From: Armatimonadota bacterium | GTDB lineage: Bacteria > Armatimonadota > UBA10988 | DNA: 64,000 nucleotides | Assembly (NCBI GenBank): GCA_016235455.1 | Contig: JACRKZ010000031.1 | Coordinates: forward strand, 32,001 to 96,000 | Direction: 5' to 3' | Shown: positions 54,848 through 64,000 of the stretch, in pieces | How positions within the stretch are numbered: the first letter of the stretch is position 1 | Layout of the letters: every line of letters begins with the position of its first letter | Position numbers and translations under genes: made by a program | The notes under the pieces: model-generated | What the model saw: only the letters and a program-made list of their open reading frames with translations | Database searches by the model: none | What the model was told of the DNA's origin: nothing

Positions 54848-55389
54848 CGGGCCAGAATCCAGTCGACGGCGGCGGCCAGGTCGTCCACCACCACGGTGGC
54901 GGCGTCGGGGCCCAGTTGCGGCTCGGTGGCGCGTCCCTTGCCGGTGCGCACCAACACGGTCGCGGCGCAGCCGGCGGCCTCAGCGGCCTGCAGGTCGCGC
55001 GCGGCGTCGCCCACCATGATAGCCTCACCCGGCGCAAAGCTCAACTGCCGCGCAGCGGCCAGGATGAGCCCGGGCCGCGGCTTGCGGCAGTCGCAGTCGG
55101 AGCCCGGTCCGTGCGGGCAGCAGACAACCGCGTCCACTCGCGCGCCGGCCTCGGCCAGGAGGTTGACCAAGCGCTGATGGATGGCAGCCAGCCCCTCGAT
55201 GGTCAGCAGGCCGCGGGCGACCGCTGATTGGTTGGTGGCCACGACGACCAGCAGCCCAGCCTGATTGAGGCGCGCGACCGCCGCGGCCGCGCCGGGCAGG
55301 AGCGTCCTCTGGTCGGGCTCGGTGAGCCAGCCCGCCTGCTCGAGGTTGAGCGTGCCGTCGCGGTCGAGGATGACCGCGCGCGGGGTCAC
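54835..55389 (-). CDS. gmhB: D-glycero-D-manno-heptose 1,7-bisphosphate phosphatase (HAD IIIA)
   Basis: LDRDGTLN, TNQS.VARG, CPH....CDCRKPRPG, MVGD...D..A. Confidence 0.88.
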   Translation of the reverse strand: MTPRAVILDRDGTLNLEQAGWLTEPDQRTLLPGAAAAVARLNQAGLLVVVATNQSAVARGLLTIEGLAAIHQRLVNLLAEAGARVDAVVCCPHGPGSDCDCRKPRPGLILAAARQLSFAPGEAIMVGDAARDLQAAEAAGCAATVLVRTGKGRATEPQLGPDAATVVVDDLAAAVDWILARCEC

Positions 55390-55859
55390 GAGCCGTAGGT
55401 GGCCAGCACCCGATCCACCAGGTTGGTGGTCGACCGGCCGTCGTGGATGGGCACCAGCCGCACTTCACCACCCGCGGCCTCGACCACGGCGCGCTCGGGC
55501 AGCGGCTTGTCCAGGTATTCCACCGACTTGACGTAGATGCGCGGTTTGACCGCGGCGGCCAGTTCCAGCGCCGTGGGCTCGTCGAACAGGCACACATAGT
55601 CGACGCAGGATAGCGCGTCGAGCAACTCGCAGCGTTCGTCCTCGGGCACGATGGGCCGGTCGGGCCCCTTGAGTCGACGTACGCCGCCGTCGGAGTTGAC
55701 CCCGACGATGAGGAAGTCGCCCATGGCCCGCGCGGCCTGCAGCGTGCGCAGATGGCCCACATGCAGCAGGTCGAAGCAGCCGTTGCTGAGCACGCCCTTT
55801 TCGCCGGCGGCCTGGCGCCGCGCCACATGGGCGCAGAGATCGTCACGCGATAGGATCAT
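55386..55859 (-). CDS. rfaE2: D-glycero-beta-D-manno-heptose 1-phosphate adenylyltransferase (RfaE domain II / HldC)
   Basis: NGCFDLLHVGH, VGVNSD..VRRLKGPDRPI, VDYVC.FDE.T, GRSTT. Confidence 0.88.
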   Translation of the reverse strand: MILSRDDLCAHVARRQAAGEKGVLSNGCFDLLHVGHLRTLQAARAMGDFLIVGVNSDGGVRRLKGPDRPIVPEDERCELLDALSCVDYVCLFDEPTALELAAAVKPRIYVKSVEYLDKPLPERAVVEAAGGEVRLVPIHDGRSTTNLVDRVLATYGS

Positions 55860-56302
55860 TCGGGTACGTACGTCCTGCTCTCGGAGACCACGGCGTGGAT
55901 AGCCGTCAGGATGGGATACGAGACACCATAGACCAGCAGCATGGCGAGGTGCGGCAGCGGGAAGGCCATGCCGGCCACGCTGTAGGTGGGCACCTTGTCG
56001 CCGTAGTGCCAGACGAGCTTGAGCGGCGCCAGGAACATCTGCGGAATGTAGTTGAGCGGGCCCAGGCGCGCACCGAAACCGGCGGTCTGGCAGACGAACT
56101 GGATGATGATCGACAACATCGCGATGGCGAAGAACCAGTCGAGCAGCTTCTTGGTCGGCGAGTTCTTGATGTGCATCTCGACGGCGCGGTCCTTGCGCGC
56201 CTGCTGCGCCTTGCGCTGCTTGTCAGGCTCCAGCACGCGCTCGCGCAGGTTGCCGGTCTTGCCTCGGCCGTAATCCGGTGGTCGGTAGCCCTTGCTCATC
56301 AT
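55856..56302 (-). CDS. hypothetical membrane protein
   Basis: Basic N-terminus and two hydrophobic segments; stop overlaps the next ATG; AGGGG RBS. Confidence 0.65.
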   Translation of the reverse strand: MMSKGYRPPDYGRGKTGNLRERVLEPDKQRKAQQARKDRAVEMHIKNSPTKKLLDWFFAIAMLSIIIQFVCQTAGFGARLGPLNYIPQMFLAPLKLVWHYGDKVPTYSVAGMAFPLPHLAMLLVYGVSYPILTAIHAVVSESRTYVPE

Positions 56303-56331
56303 GCACCCCTTGCCTGGACCCGGGCCGCGCT

Positions 56332-57507
56332 CTAGAGAGCTTTGGCCAGTCGGTCCATGGCGGTCACCAGAACGTCATCGGGATAGGTCAGCGAGATGCG
56401 GAAGTAGCCCTCGCCATGCGCGCCATAGCCCACACCAGGCGTCACCGCCACGCCGGCGGTCTCCAGCAAGTGGCCGGCGAACTTGATGCTGTCGCCAGCG
56501 AACCCGTCCGGCACCGGGGCCCAGATGTAGAGCGTGCCACGGGGCGGCTCGATGGTCCAGCCCAGCTTGCCCAGCGTCTCGATGACCAGGTCCCGCCGCC
56601 TCTGGTAGATGGCGTTGATCGGCGCGATCAGGCGCTCTGCCTGGTCCAGCGCGGTCACGGCGGCGAGCTGGATGGGCCGCAACTGACCGTTGTCTACATT
56701 CTCCTGCACGGTGCGCAAGCCCGCAACGGCTTCTTTGTTGCCGACCGCGAAGCCCACCCGCCAGCCGGTCATGTTGAACGCCTTGGACAGCGAGAAGAAC
56801 TCGATGGTCGTCTCGGCCGCGCCATCGACAGCCAGCGCGCTGGGCGCGACGAACCCGTCGAAGGTGTTCTCGCTGTAGGCCAGGTCGCTGCACAGCAGGA
56901 TGCCGTTCTCGCGACAGAAAGCCACGGCCCGCTCATAGAAGCTCGCGTCGCACACGGCGGTGGTCGGGTTATTGGGGTAGTTGACCCACAGCAGCTTGGC
57001 CTGCGTGCGCACGTTGCGCGGCAGCTCATCGAAATCGGGCAGGTAGCCCTGGCTTGCGCGCAGCGGCAGGTAGTGCGTCACCGCGCCGGCGAAGGTGGTA
57101 CCGATGTTGTAGGTCGGGTAGCCGGGCTCGGGCGAGATGGCGATGTCGCCGGGGTTGAGGAAGGCCATCGGCAGCTTGGCGATGGCGTCCTTGGAGCCCA
57201 TGGTGACCACGATCTGGTCCAGGTCGAGCGAGACGCCGAAACGCCGCTGATAGAAGTGCTGGATGGCGACCGGCAGGGCCTCGGCCGGCACATCGCAGCC
57301 ATAGCGGTGCCGGTTGGGGTCGGTCTCGTCGCGGATGGTGCGGCACAACTCCGCAATCACGGGATCAGGCGTGGCCGAGTCGGGGTCGCCGATGCCCAGC
57401 GTGATGACATCCATACCGCGCTCGCGAGCCGCGGCCATTTTGCGGCGCAGCTCGGCAAACAGATAAGGGGGCAGCTTCTGAAGGCGATTCGAGCGGTCCA
57501 GATTCAC
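56332..57507 (-). CDS. dapL: LL-diaminopimelate aminotransferase (class I/II PLP enzyme)
   Basis: RL.KLPPYLFA, LGIGDPD, GSKDAI, PGYPTY, NYPNNPT, SDLAYSE, SLSKAFNMTGWRVG, GEGYFRISLT; GTG start with GGAGG RBS. Confidence 0.78.
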   Translation of the reverse strand: MNLDRSNRLQKLPPYLFAELRRKMAAARERGMDVITLGIGDPDSATPDPVIAELCRTIRDETDPNRHRYGCDVPAEALPVAIQHFYQRRFGVSLDLDQIVVTMGSKDAIAKLPMAFLNPGDIAISPEPGYPTYNIGTTFAGAVTHYLPLRASQGYLPDFDELPRNVRTQAKLLWVNYPNNPTTAVCDASFYERAVAFCRENGILLCSDLAYSENTFDGFVAPSALAVDGAAETTIEFFSLSKAFNMTGWRVGFAVGNKEAVAGLRTVQENVDNGQLRPIQLAAVTALDQAERLIAPINAIYQRRRDLVIETLGKLGWTIEPPRGTLYIWAPVPDGFAGDSIKFAGHLLETAGVAVTPGVGYGAHGEGYFRISLTYPDDVLVTAMDRLAKAL

Positions 57508-57598
57508 GACAACCTCCGCGACAAGTCGGTCCCGCGATTATCACCCATGGGGCGCCGCTTGGCAACCGCCACGCCACTGGCGCGTCTGCCCTCCGGCA

Positions 57599-60352
57599 CT
57601 ACATGCTGATGTCGGCCAGCAGGCGCGCCGCGACGCCGGCGTCAGCCGCTTCGACCTGCACGGTCAGCCCGCGCGCCGGCAGGTTGGCGCGCGCGCATGA
57701 TTCGTCGCCCCTTTGGCCGGTGCCCGGCTCGGCCAGGAACTGCCGGCGCATACTGTCGGGCCAGGGGCTGCGCGTCGGCTGAGCCACCCGCAGCGTGGCC
57801 GCGCCGTCAGCCACCCGCAGCTTCAGTCTGAGTTCGGCCGTATCCACTTCGGGCCGGCCGGTGGACAGGTCGTCGGGATGGTGCGGGTAGAGCGCCGCCT
57901 CGTCGAGCGTGGCGCCGGACGGCAGACGCAGGCCCAACTGGGTAAGCAGTTGCCTGGCCGTGGCCGGCTCGAGCGGTAGCCGCGAAGGCGTGCCCGCGCG
58001 ATAGGTGTCCGAGACGGTGTAGCCGGCCAGGTATTTCTCGTGCAGGTGCCGCGGCGTGGTGAACTCGAGCAAGGGCCGCTCATCGGTGTTCAGCGGGGCG
58101 CCCTGACTGAAGGCGGCCAGTTGCTCGCGGTCGAGGACCAGGCCGCCGAACAGCGTCCACAGGCTGTCGATGCCGACCTGTCGGGCATCCTCGGCCACGG
58201 CGCCGGTCAGGCTGCTGGCCACGGTCAGCGGGTCGGGCCGCACGCCGTCGCAGCTGCCGATGACGAGAAAGTCGGTGCGCAGCTTGGGGAAGACCCACAG
58301 CGTGGCGTCGGGGAAGACGCTGGCGAAGGTGGCCAGCGCCGTGCGCATCTCGGCGGTATTGAGGTTGTAGGCGGGCAGCCACTGGCACATGACGCCGCCC
58401 GGCTTGAGCCGCCTGGCGCAGTCGGCGTAGTATTCACGGGTGAACAGGTTGTTGACCCCGGCGATCCACGGGTTGGTCGGTTCCGAGGTGATCAGGCCGA
58501 ACCGCTCGCGGGCCATGAGCACGTAGTTGCGCGCATCGGCTAGCAGCAGGTTCATGCGCCCATCGTCCAGGCAGCGATGGTTCCACTGGTCGAAGAAGCG
58601 GGCCGCCGGCAGCATGGCCGGCTCGATCTCGATGCACTGCACGCGCCGCACCGGGTGCAGCAACACCGAGCCCGTGGAACAGCCGCTGGCCAGGCCGACC
58701 ACCAGCACGTTGTCCGGCTTGGGCCGCAGCAATAGCGGCAGGTGGGCCACGATACGCTGGGTGGACAGGTCGCCTGTGGAAGCGTCGGTCTTGCCGTTGG
58801 CCTGCAGCGTGACATCGCCTGACGACAGCTTGAACACCGAGACCGACGACCCGTAGCCCTCGCGGTAGAACATCACCTTCTTGTCGCGGTAGACCGCGCT
58901 CAGCGGCACGTTCCGCGCTTGCGCGCCCAGGAAGTAGTCGGCATACATGTAGGTGCCGGCGGACATCACCGCGGGGTCGAGGCCGACCAGCGTCAGTCGC
59001 GCGAGCACGACGAGCGACAGCGCGCCCAGCCCGACCAGGGCCGGCCTGGTGACGAGCCGCTCGCTGCTGCGCACGTGGACCCAGCAGGCTACGCCCAGGT
59101 TGACCACCGCCGCCAACGCGATGCTGCGCTCGATGCCCAGCCGCGGCAGCAAGACGAACCCCGCGAGCAGCGAGCCGACCACGGTGCCCAGCGTGTTGGC
59201 GGCATAGGGCAGGCCGGCGCTACGGCCCGCGCCGTCCGACATGTCCGCCGCCATGCGGCTGACCAGCGGGAACAGCGCGCCGAGCGCCAGGGTGGTGGGC
59301 AGCAACAGCAGGCAGCAGGCCGCGAACTGCAGCACCTGCAGCGCAGCGAAGGCGCCTCCGCTGCGGGCGTAGGTCGACAGAAACACCTGCGGCAGGTACT
59401 CGATGAGCGGTGTGGCCGCCGCTGCCCACAGCGCCACCAGCACCTGCAGCAGCGCGAACCCGCTGTAGCGCAGGTTGGCGCGATCGACCACCCGACCGGC
59501 CAGCGCCGCGCCCAGTGCCAGACCTACCAGGAAGGCGGCCAGCATGGTGGTGAAGGCGTACGTCGAGTTGCCGAAGACGAGCACGAACGCGCGCGTCCAG
59601 GCCACTTCGTAGACCATGGCCGCCATGCCCGACAGGCCAAATCCCCAAAGCACCGCGCGGTAGGCCGGCGTCGCTGCGGCGGGCGCGTTGGTCGGCGGAT
59701 CAGGTGGCTCCTGAGTCCAGCCGCTGCGCTGCGGCTGCTCGCCGCGGGCCAGCACCAGCGCCAGCAGCGCCACACTCAGGTTGACAGTCGCGGCCGACCA
59801 CAGCGTGCCCTTGACGCCCAGGTGCTCGATGAGCACGAACCCGGTAACCAGCGTGCCGACCGTGGCGCCGATGGTGTTGACCGCGTAGAGCGCACCGGCG
59901 CCGCGGCCCATGAGGTCGGGCGCCGCAGTGAAGTAGCGCACCAGCACGGGCAGCGTGCCGCCCATCATGAACGTCGGCACGACCAGCGCCGGGAAGCAGA
60001 GCAGCACGCGGGCGGCGCTGAGCAGATGGAAGTCGCCCATCACGTTGGCGAACAGGAGGGTGTGCAGCCAGCGCACGAGCGCGAACAGCAACGGCGTGGC
60101 CGCCGCCGACAGGGCGATGCCGATTTCCAGCCGGGCATAGAGCGCCAACGGCCGCTCGCACCGGTCGGCGCGCCGACCCCAGTAGCGGCTGCCCAGCGCC
60201 AGCCCGGCCATGTAGGACGCCATCACCGTGCCCGCGCCAAGCACGGTTGCGCCGAAGATGAGGGTCAGGTCACGCACCCAGACCACTTCGTACGCCAGGG
60301 CGGTGGCGCCGGACAGCAGGAAACATGAGCAGATGAGCGTTCGGCGAACCAT
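57599..60352 (-). CDS. fused MFS-like membrane domain / spermidine synthase-like methyltransferase-fold protein
   Basis: Two SG...L.YEV.W.R membrane repeats, YAVNTIG/YAANTLG, NGKTDAS, VLVVGLASG, IEIEP, DARNY, SEPTNPW, LFTREYY, LNTDERPLLEF. Confidence 0.85.
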   Translation of the reverse strand: MVRRTLICSCFLLSGATALAYEVVWVRDLTLIFGATVLGAGTVMASYMAGLALGSRYWGRRADRCERPLALYARLEIGIALSAAATPLLFALVRWLHTLLFANVMGDFHLLSAARVLLCFPALVVPTFMMGGTLPVLVRYFTAAPDLMGRGAGALYAVNTIGATVGTLVTGFVLIEHLGVKGTLWSAATVNLSVALLALVLARGEQPQRSGWTQEPPDPPTNAPAAATPAYRAVLWGFGLSGMAAMVYEVAWTRAFVLVFGNSTYAFTTMLAAFLVGLALGAALAGRVVDRANLRYSGFALLQVLVALWAAAATPLIEYLPQVFLSTYARSGGAFAALQVLQFAACCLLLLPTTLALGALFPLVSRMAADMSDGAGRSAGLPYAANTLGTVVGSLLAGFVLLPRLGIERSIALAAVVNLGVACWVHVRSSERLVTRPALVGLGALSLVVLARLTLVGLDPAVMSAGTYMYADYFLGAQARNVPLSAVYRDKKVMFYREGYGSSVSVFKLSSGDVTLQANGKTDASTGDLSTQRIVAHLPLLLRPKPDNVLVVGLASGCSTGSVLLHPVRRVQCIEIEPAMLPAARFFDQWNHRCLDDGRMNLLLADARNYVLMARERFGLITSEPTNPWIAGVNNLFTREYYADCARRLKPGGVMCQWLPAYNLNTAEMRTALATFASVFPDATLWVFPKLRTDFLVIGSCDGVRPDPLTVASSLTGAVAEDARQVGIDSLWTLFGGLVLDREQLAAFSQGAPLNTDERPLLEFTTPRHLHEKYLAGYTVSDTYRAGTPSRLPLEPATARQLLTQLGLRLPSGATLDEAALYPHHPDDLSTGRPEVDTAELRLKLRVADGAATLRVAQPTRSPWPDSMRRQFLAEPGTGQRGDESCARANLPARGLTVQVEAADAGVAARLLADISM

Positions 60353-60469
60353 GTCCCCCAAACCTCCTGGTGTGGCACGAAAGCTACCACAACACGCGGT
60401 CTGGGTTCAAGACGTCGCGGCTGTGCGTCAGGGCCGACCTGAACTCAGAAGCCTGTCCAACCAGCCGGC

Positions 60470-63376
60470 TCACCGGCCGAGCGCGCCGCGCAGGGCGACG
60501 ATGACCTCGTTCAGCTCACCGCGCGCGTCGGTCAGCAGGCGCGGCTCGAGCGTGTAGCTGAAGTTGGGCGAGCCATCGGTGCGCTTGAGCACGCGCTCAT
60601 CGACCATCAGCAGCCGGCGCGCGCGCGCCGTGAGTGTGGGTGCCAGACCGGCCTTCTCGGCCTCATCGGCGAGTTGGCGCAGCATCTTGAAGCACTCATA
60701 GTCCTCGATGCCATCCCGGTTGGCGTTGAGCCGGATCGACGGATAGAAGGCCTCGTCAGGTCCCCAGTAGCACAGCGTGCCGTCGCCGTTCCCCATGTTG
60801 GCCGGTCCCATGGGATAGGCTTCCGTGGGTCCGTCGGTGGTCATCTTCGCGGGATCGCCGAAGTACTCCACGCCCCAGTACAAGAAGCCGGTCTTGTCGT
60901 ACTTCCAGCTCAGCCAGAAGACCATGCGCTGGTCGATGGTGGGGTAGTCCACGAAGAAGTTGGGGTAGGGGTGCTGTGGCCCACAGCAGATGTACCACCA
61001 GCGCTCCGCTCCGCTGTTGGCCCAGCCAGCCAGCGCGGTCTCGCTCGACTTCTCGCCGGGGTGGGCTTCGGGCAGGCCACCGGGCACCCAGATGCTGGAT
61101 TTGCCGAACAGGCGTGGGTCACGAGGCGCGGTCATCAGGCGCTTCAGGCCTGGCGCCTCGCGGTCCAGGAGCGCGGCCAGGCGCAGGTTGGCCTGCACGG
61201 CGTCATCCTGCCAGCCCTCGTCGACCATGTACCAGACGGCGGCGTCGTACCATCCTCTCTCCTTAAGATGTGGGACCAGGGCCCGGAGGTAGGCCTCCAG
61301 GAAGGTCCAGTACGCCTCCTTGGCCGCGGCGCCCGCCAGCGTGCCGCAGCCGGGCGTATTGCCCACGAAGAGCGTGCGCATCCCGGCCCTGTACTGGCGG
61401 CTCCAGATGCGGTCGGCCTGCGTGAAGTCGAAGTGCCAGCCGTCGTCGGCCTTGGTCTCGCCCATGTAGGCCATGAGCGAGCTTGGCTCGGGGTTGCCTT
61501 CCCAGCCAAAGGCTTGCACGCCAACGCGGCGTTTGAGGCAGACGTCCATCATGCGCAGGTAGGTGTCCACCGGCGTGGCCTGCTTGTAGTCGGCGGCGCC
61601 GCGGTAGCGCTGGGTGATCTGCGGCGCGCGAAAGGCGAAGACCTGCCGCAGTCCGTGCTCCTCGGGCAGGCTGAAATCAAGGATGCGCAGTTCAATCGGC
61701 ACGCGCTCCGTCTGACCGGCGGCGGAAACGACCAGACTACCGGTGTAGACGCCGGCTTTGGCGTCGCGCGGGGCCCACAGGTCGATCCATAGCGGCTGGC
61801 AGAGCTGTGTCAACGCGAACGGCTGGTCGGCCGGCAGCAGGGGATCCGGCCACCAGCGCGGCCCAGGGTCGGCGCCGCCGGTGGGTGACTCGGTATGCAC
61901 ATAGCAGACGCGATGCAGTTCGCTGTCCAGCCGCAGCTCTTGGCCGGCGGCGTCGACAAACGGCGCCAGGCTAGCCTGGACGCCGCTCAGATCGCCCTGG
62001 AGCGGCACGATCACGACCTGGGCGCTCTCGCCCTCGCCGCGCGCGGCCGCCACTCGTACCGGTCCCTGCAACGGGCCGGCCGGCGGTTCGTCGCGGAAGA
62101 CCTTGGTCAGTGGCTGGCCGCGAACCACGGCAAACCGCGCCTGCGCCGGGGCCCTAACAGCCACCGCTGCTCGACCGGCCAGGCGCTTGCTCGCGGGTGC
62201 CAGGGCGTCGATCCGCGCGCCCAGCGCCTGCCAGCGCTCGACGGTTGTCAGGCTGCTCTCGCCGGCCGCCAGCGCGGTCGCCTCGGCAGTCAGCCGTTGG
62301 ATCTCCTGCTCGACCTGTTGAGCGCCAGCGTGCAGCGGATGGTCGGCCGGCAGCGGTGCGATGGTGCGTACCGTGGCCGCCAGCTCCGCCTGCACCAGCG
62401 CGGCTCGCCGGGGCAGATCGGCCGGGCTCTCGGTCCAACTGGTCCACCACCGCCGCTGGTCGCCGGCGCGCACCTCCAGGCGGAAGTCGCTGCGACCGGC
62501 CGCGACGGTCAGGGGCAGCACGCTGGCCTGACCGTCGGCGCGCACGGCAAGGGTCTCTGTCTGCCACGGGCCGTCGCCGTGGCGCTGCTCGCAGATCACT
62601 GTGTCGCCGGCGCCCGCGGGCACCGTGACTCGCACCACCTTGTGGCCCACGCCCGCCGAACCGGGCTCGACCGCAGGGCGCGCCGTGGCGGCCATCAGCT
62701 TCGGCCACTGCGCCTGCCACAGCCGGTCGACGGCCTCGGCGGTCGGGTAGCCGGCATCCTCGTAGAGGTTGGTGGCGATGATCGCGCCCCGGCCGATGTC
62801 CGCGCGCAGACAGATGGGCTGGCCATCGGGACACGTGGCCAGGACCTTCCAGCCAGGGCCGACATCGACGAAGTGCGCCCAGGGCACCTTGCAGTCGGCC
62901 GGCGGTACGCCCGGGTCGGCTGGCGCGGCGACCTTGATCGCCCCCTGGTTCTTCATGCCGTCGGGGCACTGCGCGGTGTGAAGCCCCAGGCCCTCGCCGA
63001 GCTGCGACACCCAGCCCTGCATCTGGCCGTAGTTGGCGTCGACCGCGACGATGATGCCGCCACGCGCCAGAAACGCGCGCCAACGCTCGATGTGCTGCTC
63101 GAACGGTTGGGCGTGTTCGTAGTTGTAGAGCGGCGGCGGGATGAACAGGTCGTAGCGGTCCAGGTCGGCCATGAGCGCTGCGATCTCCGTGTTCTCGCGC
63201 CGGTCATAGGGCCAGCCCAGCTGGTCGAAGGTGGCCACGTTCGATTCGCGATAGCGGTGGGCGCCGTTGAGCCACGAGGAGTAGGTGCCGAAGACGCGCG
63301 GCAGGGGCGCGTTGGGTGCCGCCCCCACACCCACGGCGAACAGTAGCGCCAGCCATGGCGCGAGGGTTGTCCTCAT
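60470..63376 (-). CDS. secreted DUF4091 / GH123-like domain protein
   Basis: Signal peptide; ARGEGESAQVV, WPDPLLP, PLWIDL...DA.AG.Y.G, YMVDE, WWYICCGP..PYPN, GFLYW, NGDG.L.Y, SIRL...RDGIEDYE. Confidence 0.8.
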   Translation of the reverse strand: MRTTLAPWLALLFAVGVGAAPNAPLPRVFGTYSSWLNGAHRYRESNVATFDQLGWPYDRRENTEIAALMADLDRYDLFIPPPLYNYEHAQPFEQHIERWRAFLARGGIIVAVDANYGQMQGWVSQLGEGLGLHTAQCPDGMKNQGAIKVAAPADPGVPPADCKVPWAHFVDVGPGWKVLATCPDGQPICLRADIGRGAIIATNLYEDAGYPTAEAVDRLWQAQWPKLMAATARPAVEPGSAGVGHKVVRVTVPAGAGDTVICEQRHGDGPWQTETLAVRADGQASVLPLTVAAGRSDFRLEVRAGDQRRWWTSWTESPADLPRRAALVQAELAATVRTIAPLPADHPLHAGAQQVEQEIQRLTAEATALAAGESSLTTVERWQALGARIDALAPASKRLAGRAAVAVRAPAQARFAVVRGQPLTKVFRDEPPAGPLQGPVRVAAARGEGESAQVVIVPLQGDLSGVQASLAPFVDAAGQELRLDSELHRVCYVHTESPTGGADPGPRWWPDPLLPADQPFALTQLCQPLWIDLWAPRDAKAGVYTGSLVVSAAGQTERVPIELRILDFSLPEEHGLRQVFAFRAPQITQRYRGAADYKQATPVDTYLRMMDVCLKRRVGVQAFGWEGNPEPSSLMAYMGETKADDGWHFDFTQADRIWSRQYRAGMRTLFVGNTPGCGTLAGAAAKEAYWTFLEAYLRALVPHLKERGWYDAAVWYMVDEGWQDDAVQANLRLAALLDREAPGLKRLMTAPRDPRLFGKSSIWVPGGLPEAHPGEKSSETALAGWANSGAERWWYICCGPQHPYPNFFVDYPTIDQRMVFWLSWKYDKTGFLYWGVEYFGDPAKMTTDGPTEAYPMGPANMGNGDGTLCYWGPDEAFYPSIRLNANRDGIEDYECFKMLRQLADEAEKAGLAPTLTARARRLLMVDERVLKRTDGSPNFSYTLEPRLLTDARGELNEVIVALRGALGR

Positions 63377-64000
63377 GACAGCTTCCGCCGACACACCGCG
63401 AACCGCCGCGTCTCGCCAAAGCCGAACCGGCGGTAGACGCGTTCGGCGGCGTCGTCGCTGGTCCACAGCACCCACGCGTTGTGCAGCCCGCGCCGACGCA
63501 TGGCCCCGAGTGTCGTGGCCAGCAGCACGGTACCGAGCCCTTGACCCTGGCGGTCGGCGCGCACGCCGAACGGCCCGAAGTGCTCACCGGCGTACTGGCA
63601 GTAGCCGACCACCGCGCCGGCTTCCATCGCCACGGTGATCTGCTCGCGGCCGTCCGGCTGAGCCAGCAGTGCGCGCGCCGCGCGCAACCAGTCGGGGGGC
63701 TGGCTCTCGGTCAGGAAGGTCAGCAGCGCTGGCGCCTCATCGGGTCGCAGGGCGCGCACATCGATGCCGACGGCGGCCAACTCGGCGCGCTGAGCCACGT
63801 AGGGCGTGAAGTCGAAGGTGACCAGGTTGGCGTCCATGCTCAACGGCCGCGAGACCACCTCGAAGCCGTGCCGCAGCAAGTAGGCCAGGCCGTCGGCGTA
63901 GGCGGCCACATCGACGCCAGGCACGATGTAGTTGGGCACATACGGCGCGATGCCCACAGTCTGGCGGCCGGCGGCGGCGAAGAGGCCCAGCGCGGTATCG
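63373..64000 (-). CDS. GNAT family N-acetyltransferase (5' end outside window)
   Basis: HFGPFGV....QGQGLGTVLL, A.RVY.RFGF; PNY..PGVD...Y from the N-terminal GNAT domain; stop overlaps the next ATG. Confidence 0.8.
   Translation of the reverse strand, partial: DTALGLFAAAGRQTVGIAPYVPNYIVPGVDVAAYADGLAYLLRHGFEVVSRPLSMDANLVTFDFTPYVAQRAELAAVGIDVRALRPDEAPALLTFLTESQPPDWLRAARALLAQPDGREQITVAMEAGAVVGYCQYAGEHFGPFGVRADRQGQGLGTVLLATTLGAMRRRGLHNAWVLWTSDDAAERVYRRFGFGETRRFAVCRRKLS

Noticed and set aside
60373-60388. Sigma54-like TGGCACG motif
   Set aside because: The -12 element is CTAC rather than TTGC, and it faces away from the neighbouring minus-strand genes.
1-64000. CRISPR array, tRNA, rRNA, integrase or prophage
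   Set aside because: No regularly spaced repeat-spacer array, cloverleaf, rRNA signature or phage/integrase motif was seen by eye.

Overview
A GC-rich bacterial chromosome segment from a diderm organism, as shown by the ADP-heptose/LPS genes and outer-membrane beta-barrels. The gene content and the four-domain S1 suggest Armatimonadota, but that is inference. No rRNA, tRNA, CRISPR array, integrase or prophage was seen. The window holds about 42 genes. (1) Two tandem ABC-2-like permeases, a GH29 fucosidase, an inactive-looking rhomboid, sppA, a catalytically eroded PolA paralogue, and rpsA with a structured leader. (2) A ~20 kb plus-strand cell-surface locus (10023-29915). It encodes three large secreted proteins sharing a ~440-470 aa C-terminal module that ends in an FlgD-Ig/T9SS-CTD-like domain, two paralogous proteins built as periplasmic domain + hydrophobic helix + Fn3, an LptD-like barrel and a PorV/FadL-like barrel. 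This is the best candidate for an undescribed CTD-directed (type IX-like) secretion or surface-display system. (3) An Fe3+/thiamine-type ABC pair separated by a RAYT tyrosine transposase that carries its own REP palindrome. (4) A URO-D family gene and a frameshifted heparinase II/III-like gene. (5) A cobalamin riboswitch followed by cobU-cobT-cobS-cbiR. (6) Glycan-utilisation genes (GH36, DUF4838, a GH2-like enzyme and LacI with a visible promoter and operator). (7) A decayed DUF5615 PIN fragment, TPR and SRPBCC genes, then DUF1080, GT9-gmhB-hldC, dapL, a fused MFS/spermidine synthase, a DUF4091 protein and a GNAT gene. All family calls come from motif recognition by eye; no database searches were run.
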